DNA of 61,869 bases, counting the filler, from Dirinaria sp. TL-2023a (taxonomy: Eukaryota), in NCBI GenBank assembly GCA_051941275.1. It is 14 parts of 14 records of this genome, joined end to end, with 100 filler letters (N's around TTAATTAATTAA, not from the genome) between each part and the next. Parts side by side here need not be neighbours in the genome. Positions count along the whole stretch, not along the records: positions 57,587 to 61,869 come from JAVEBF010001868.1; 13 more parts are not named here. One strand, written 5' to 3'. A program made the translations under genes and the position numbers. Of this stretch, positions 60,369 to 61,869 are shown in pieces. Positions within the stretch are counted from its first letter, which is position 1, and the number at the start of each line of letters is the position of its first letter. The notes beneath the pieces were generated by a model. That model worked only from the letters and a program-made list of their open reading frames with translations. It did no database searches and was not told the origin of the DNA.

Positions 60369-61411
60369 GCTGTTGAGATAGAAGCAGTGAATGATTATGA
60401 CGACGAAGACATCAATGAGTCACGATGTGTTGAAAAAAAGAGAGTGAAGATCAGTTTCACATGCACGGAGAGAAGAAAGAATATGACAAGAAGTAGAAGA
60501 GTGAGCGTCAAACTCTAGATATGCTGGTCGCAGAGGCTCGTAGATAGAAGTGAAGAACGAAAGGATTAATAAGCAAAAGGGTCACAAAGATGATGCACGA
60601 TGGCTTGAGGCAAGGATTCGTAGATCGATCGGGGTTCTCGGCAGTGCCTTTTCTTAGTATAGTGCTAGATAAGCGCTTATCAGTTTCGCCGATTCGCCCC
60701 GACAGGGTCCTCACGGTGTTCGTACTGCTTAAAGCAGCTTCTACACCAGCTCTTTTCGACCATCCTAACACCTCAACCGAGATACTCTAAGTTATTAGGT
60801 AAGGTAAGGTAGATGTAGCATAAGTAGAATCATCGAAGCCCCTAACCCCAAACGACCTATGTCTTTCTCTGCTTGCTCAAGCCTCTTCTCCTATTCCGCA
60901 GTGTGGTATTGACGAGGGGTTTGTTGCGGGTCATCGAAGTGGTTTGGTGGCGAGAGAGTTGAATCATCGCCTGCGAGGGATAATCACTTATCAAGGCAAG
61001 AGGCAGTACCGTAGTCACGCAGCATTATTATTTAGAGGTAAGGTACATGTAGACTGTACGTTTATTTTAGGGTACGGTACATTCGGCCGGTTGGTTAATG
61101 GTTACCGGCTAAACCACGTACTAAGCCGAGGTCTATGAGGTGGTCTAGGGTCTAGCCACAGGCTGCTGCGCCTTGTGGTTGCTTATGTCACCATTGCTCA
61201 GCCCCGCTATTCGACGTACTTTACCCGTACCTTCTAGCGTAAGTGGGGCTCTTAGACTCGATAAAACTCCAAATCTTCCTCTCAGTTCGCTCCTCGAATC
61301 TTCAATATTCTTTTCACATCCGCAAAATCAAATAAATCAGCACCAAATCCACTTGCAAAGTCCCCAGCTCTCGAGTCTAAGGTCCATACAGCCCGCGCTT
61401 ACTCCCCAAAC

Positions 61412-61869
61412 ATGTCCGATCCGTACAATCAGTATCCTCCTCAATACGCTTCCGGTTATCCTCCTCAACCTGGCTATGGCCAATCTCAGGGCTATTCCCA
61501 GCAAGGGTATCCGCCGCCGGCACCCCAATACAGCGACCCGTCTCAGGGATACGGACCACCACACCGCGCAGATTCCTTTGGTCCACCGCAAAATGGCGGC
61601 TTTCAGGTAATAAGCTTACCCCTCTGGTTTTAGGTTCCTGGCCGACTTACATACTCTACAGCACGGCCAATCAGGCGGCCAATATGGTGCATACGACACC
61701 TCGAATCCACAAGGCCACAGCGGCTACTATGGCCAACCCCCTCCCCAAGATCCCCGTGGCTACCAAGACCCCTATCAGCAGCAACAGCAAGGCTATAATC
61801 AGCCACCCTATCAGTCTGACCCCAGCAACCATTACCCTCAGCATCAGCCTCAACAAGGTTACCAGGACC
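61412..61869 (+). CDS. N-terminus of a Pro/Gln/Gly/Tyr-rich hypothetical protein (runs off window)
   Basis: MSDPYNQYPPQY...RADSFGPPQNGGFQ|intron 61607-61661|HGQSGGQYGAYDTSNPQGHSGYYGQ. Confidence 0.75.

Overview
Filamentous ascomycete (Pezizomycotina) genomic DNA. The window is not one locus: it is 14 unrelated ~4.3 kb contigs in descending length order, joined by artificial 100-nt linkers (N44-TTAATTAATTAA-N44), so nothing can be inferred about linkage across linkers. Most contigs carry intron-containing housekeeping genes: CCT5, an HP1/Swi6-like protein, RSM27, RNase III, TIM8, RPL25, BMT2, VPS68, ALG10, PSF2, LSG1, an acyl-CoA dehydrogenase, a RasGAP, nitrate reductase, RCM1 and a Zn2Cys6 transcription factor. 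The last contig is the most interesting. It holds a decayed Starship-type DUF3435 'captain' gene cut by an LTR, next to a Ty3/gypsy gag-protease relic. Both are almost free of CC/GG dinucleotides while keeping CpA and CpG, which points to a RIP-like mutagenesis with a CpC-to-TpC target rather than the canonical CpA target. Also present: a solo LTR with a target-site duplication, several pseudogenes, a HeLo-like N-terminal domain gene and a J-domain protein with 31-aa tandem repeats. All calls come from motif recognition by eye; no database searches were run.
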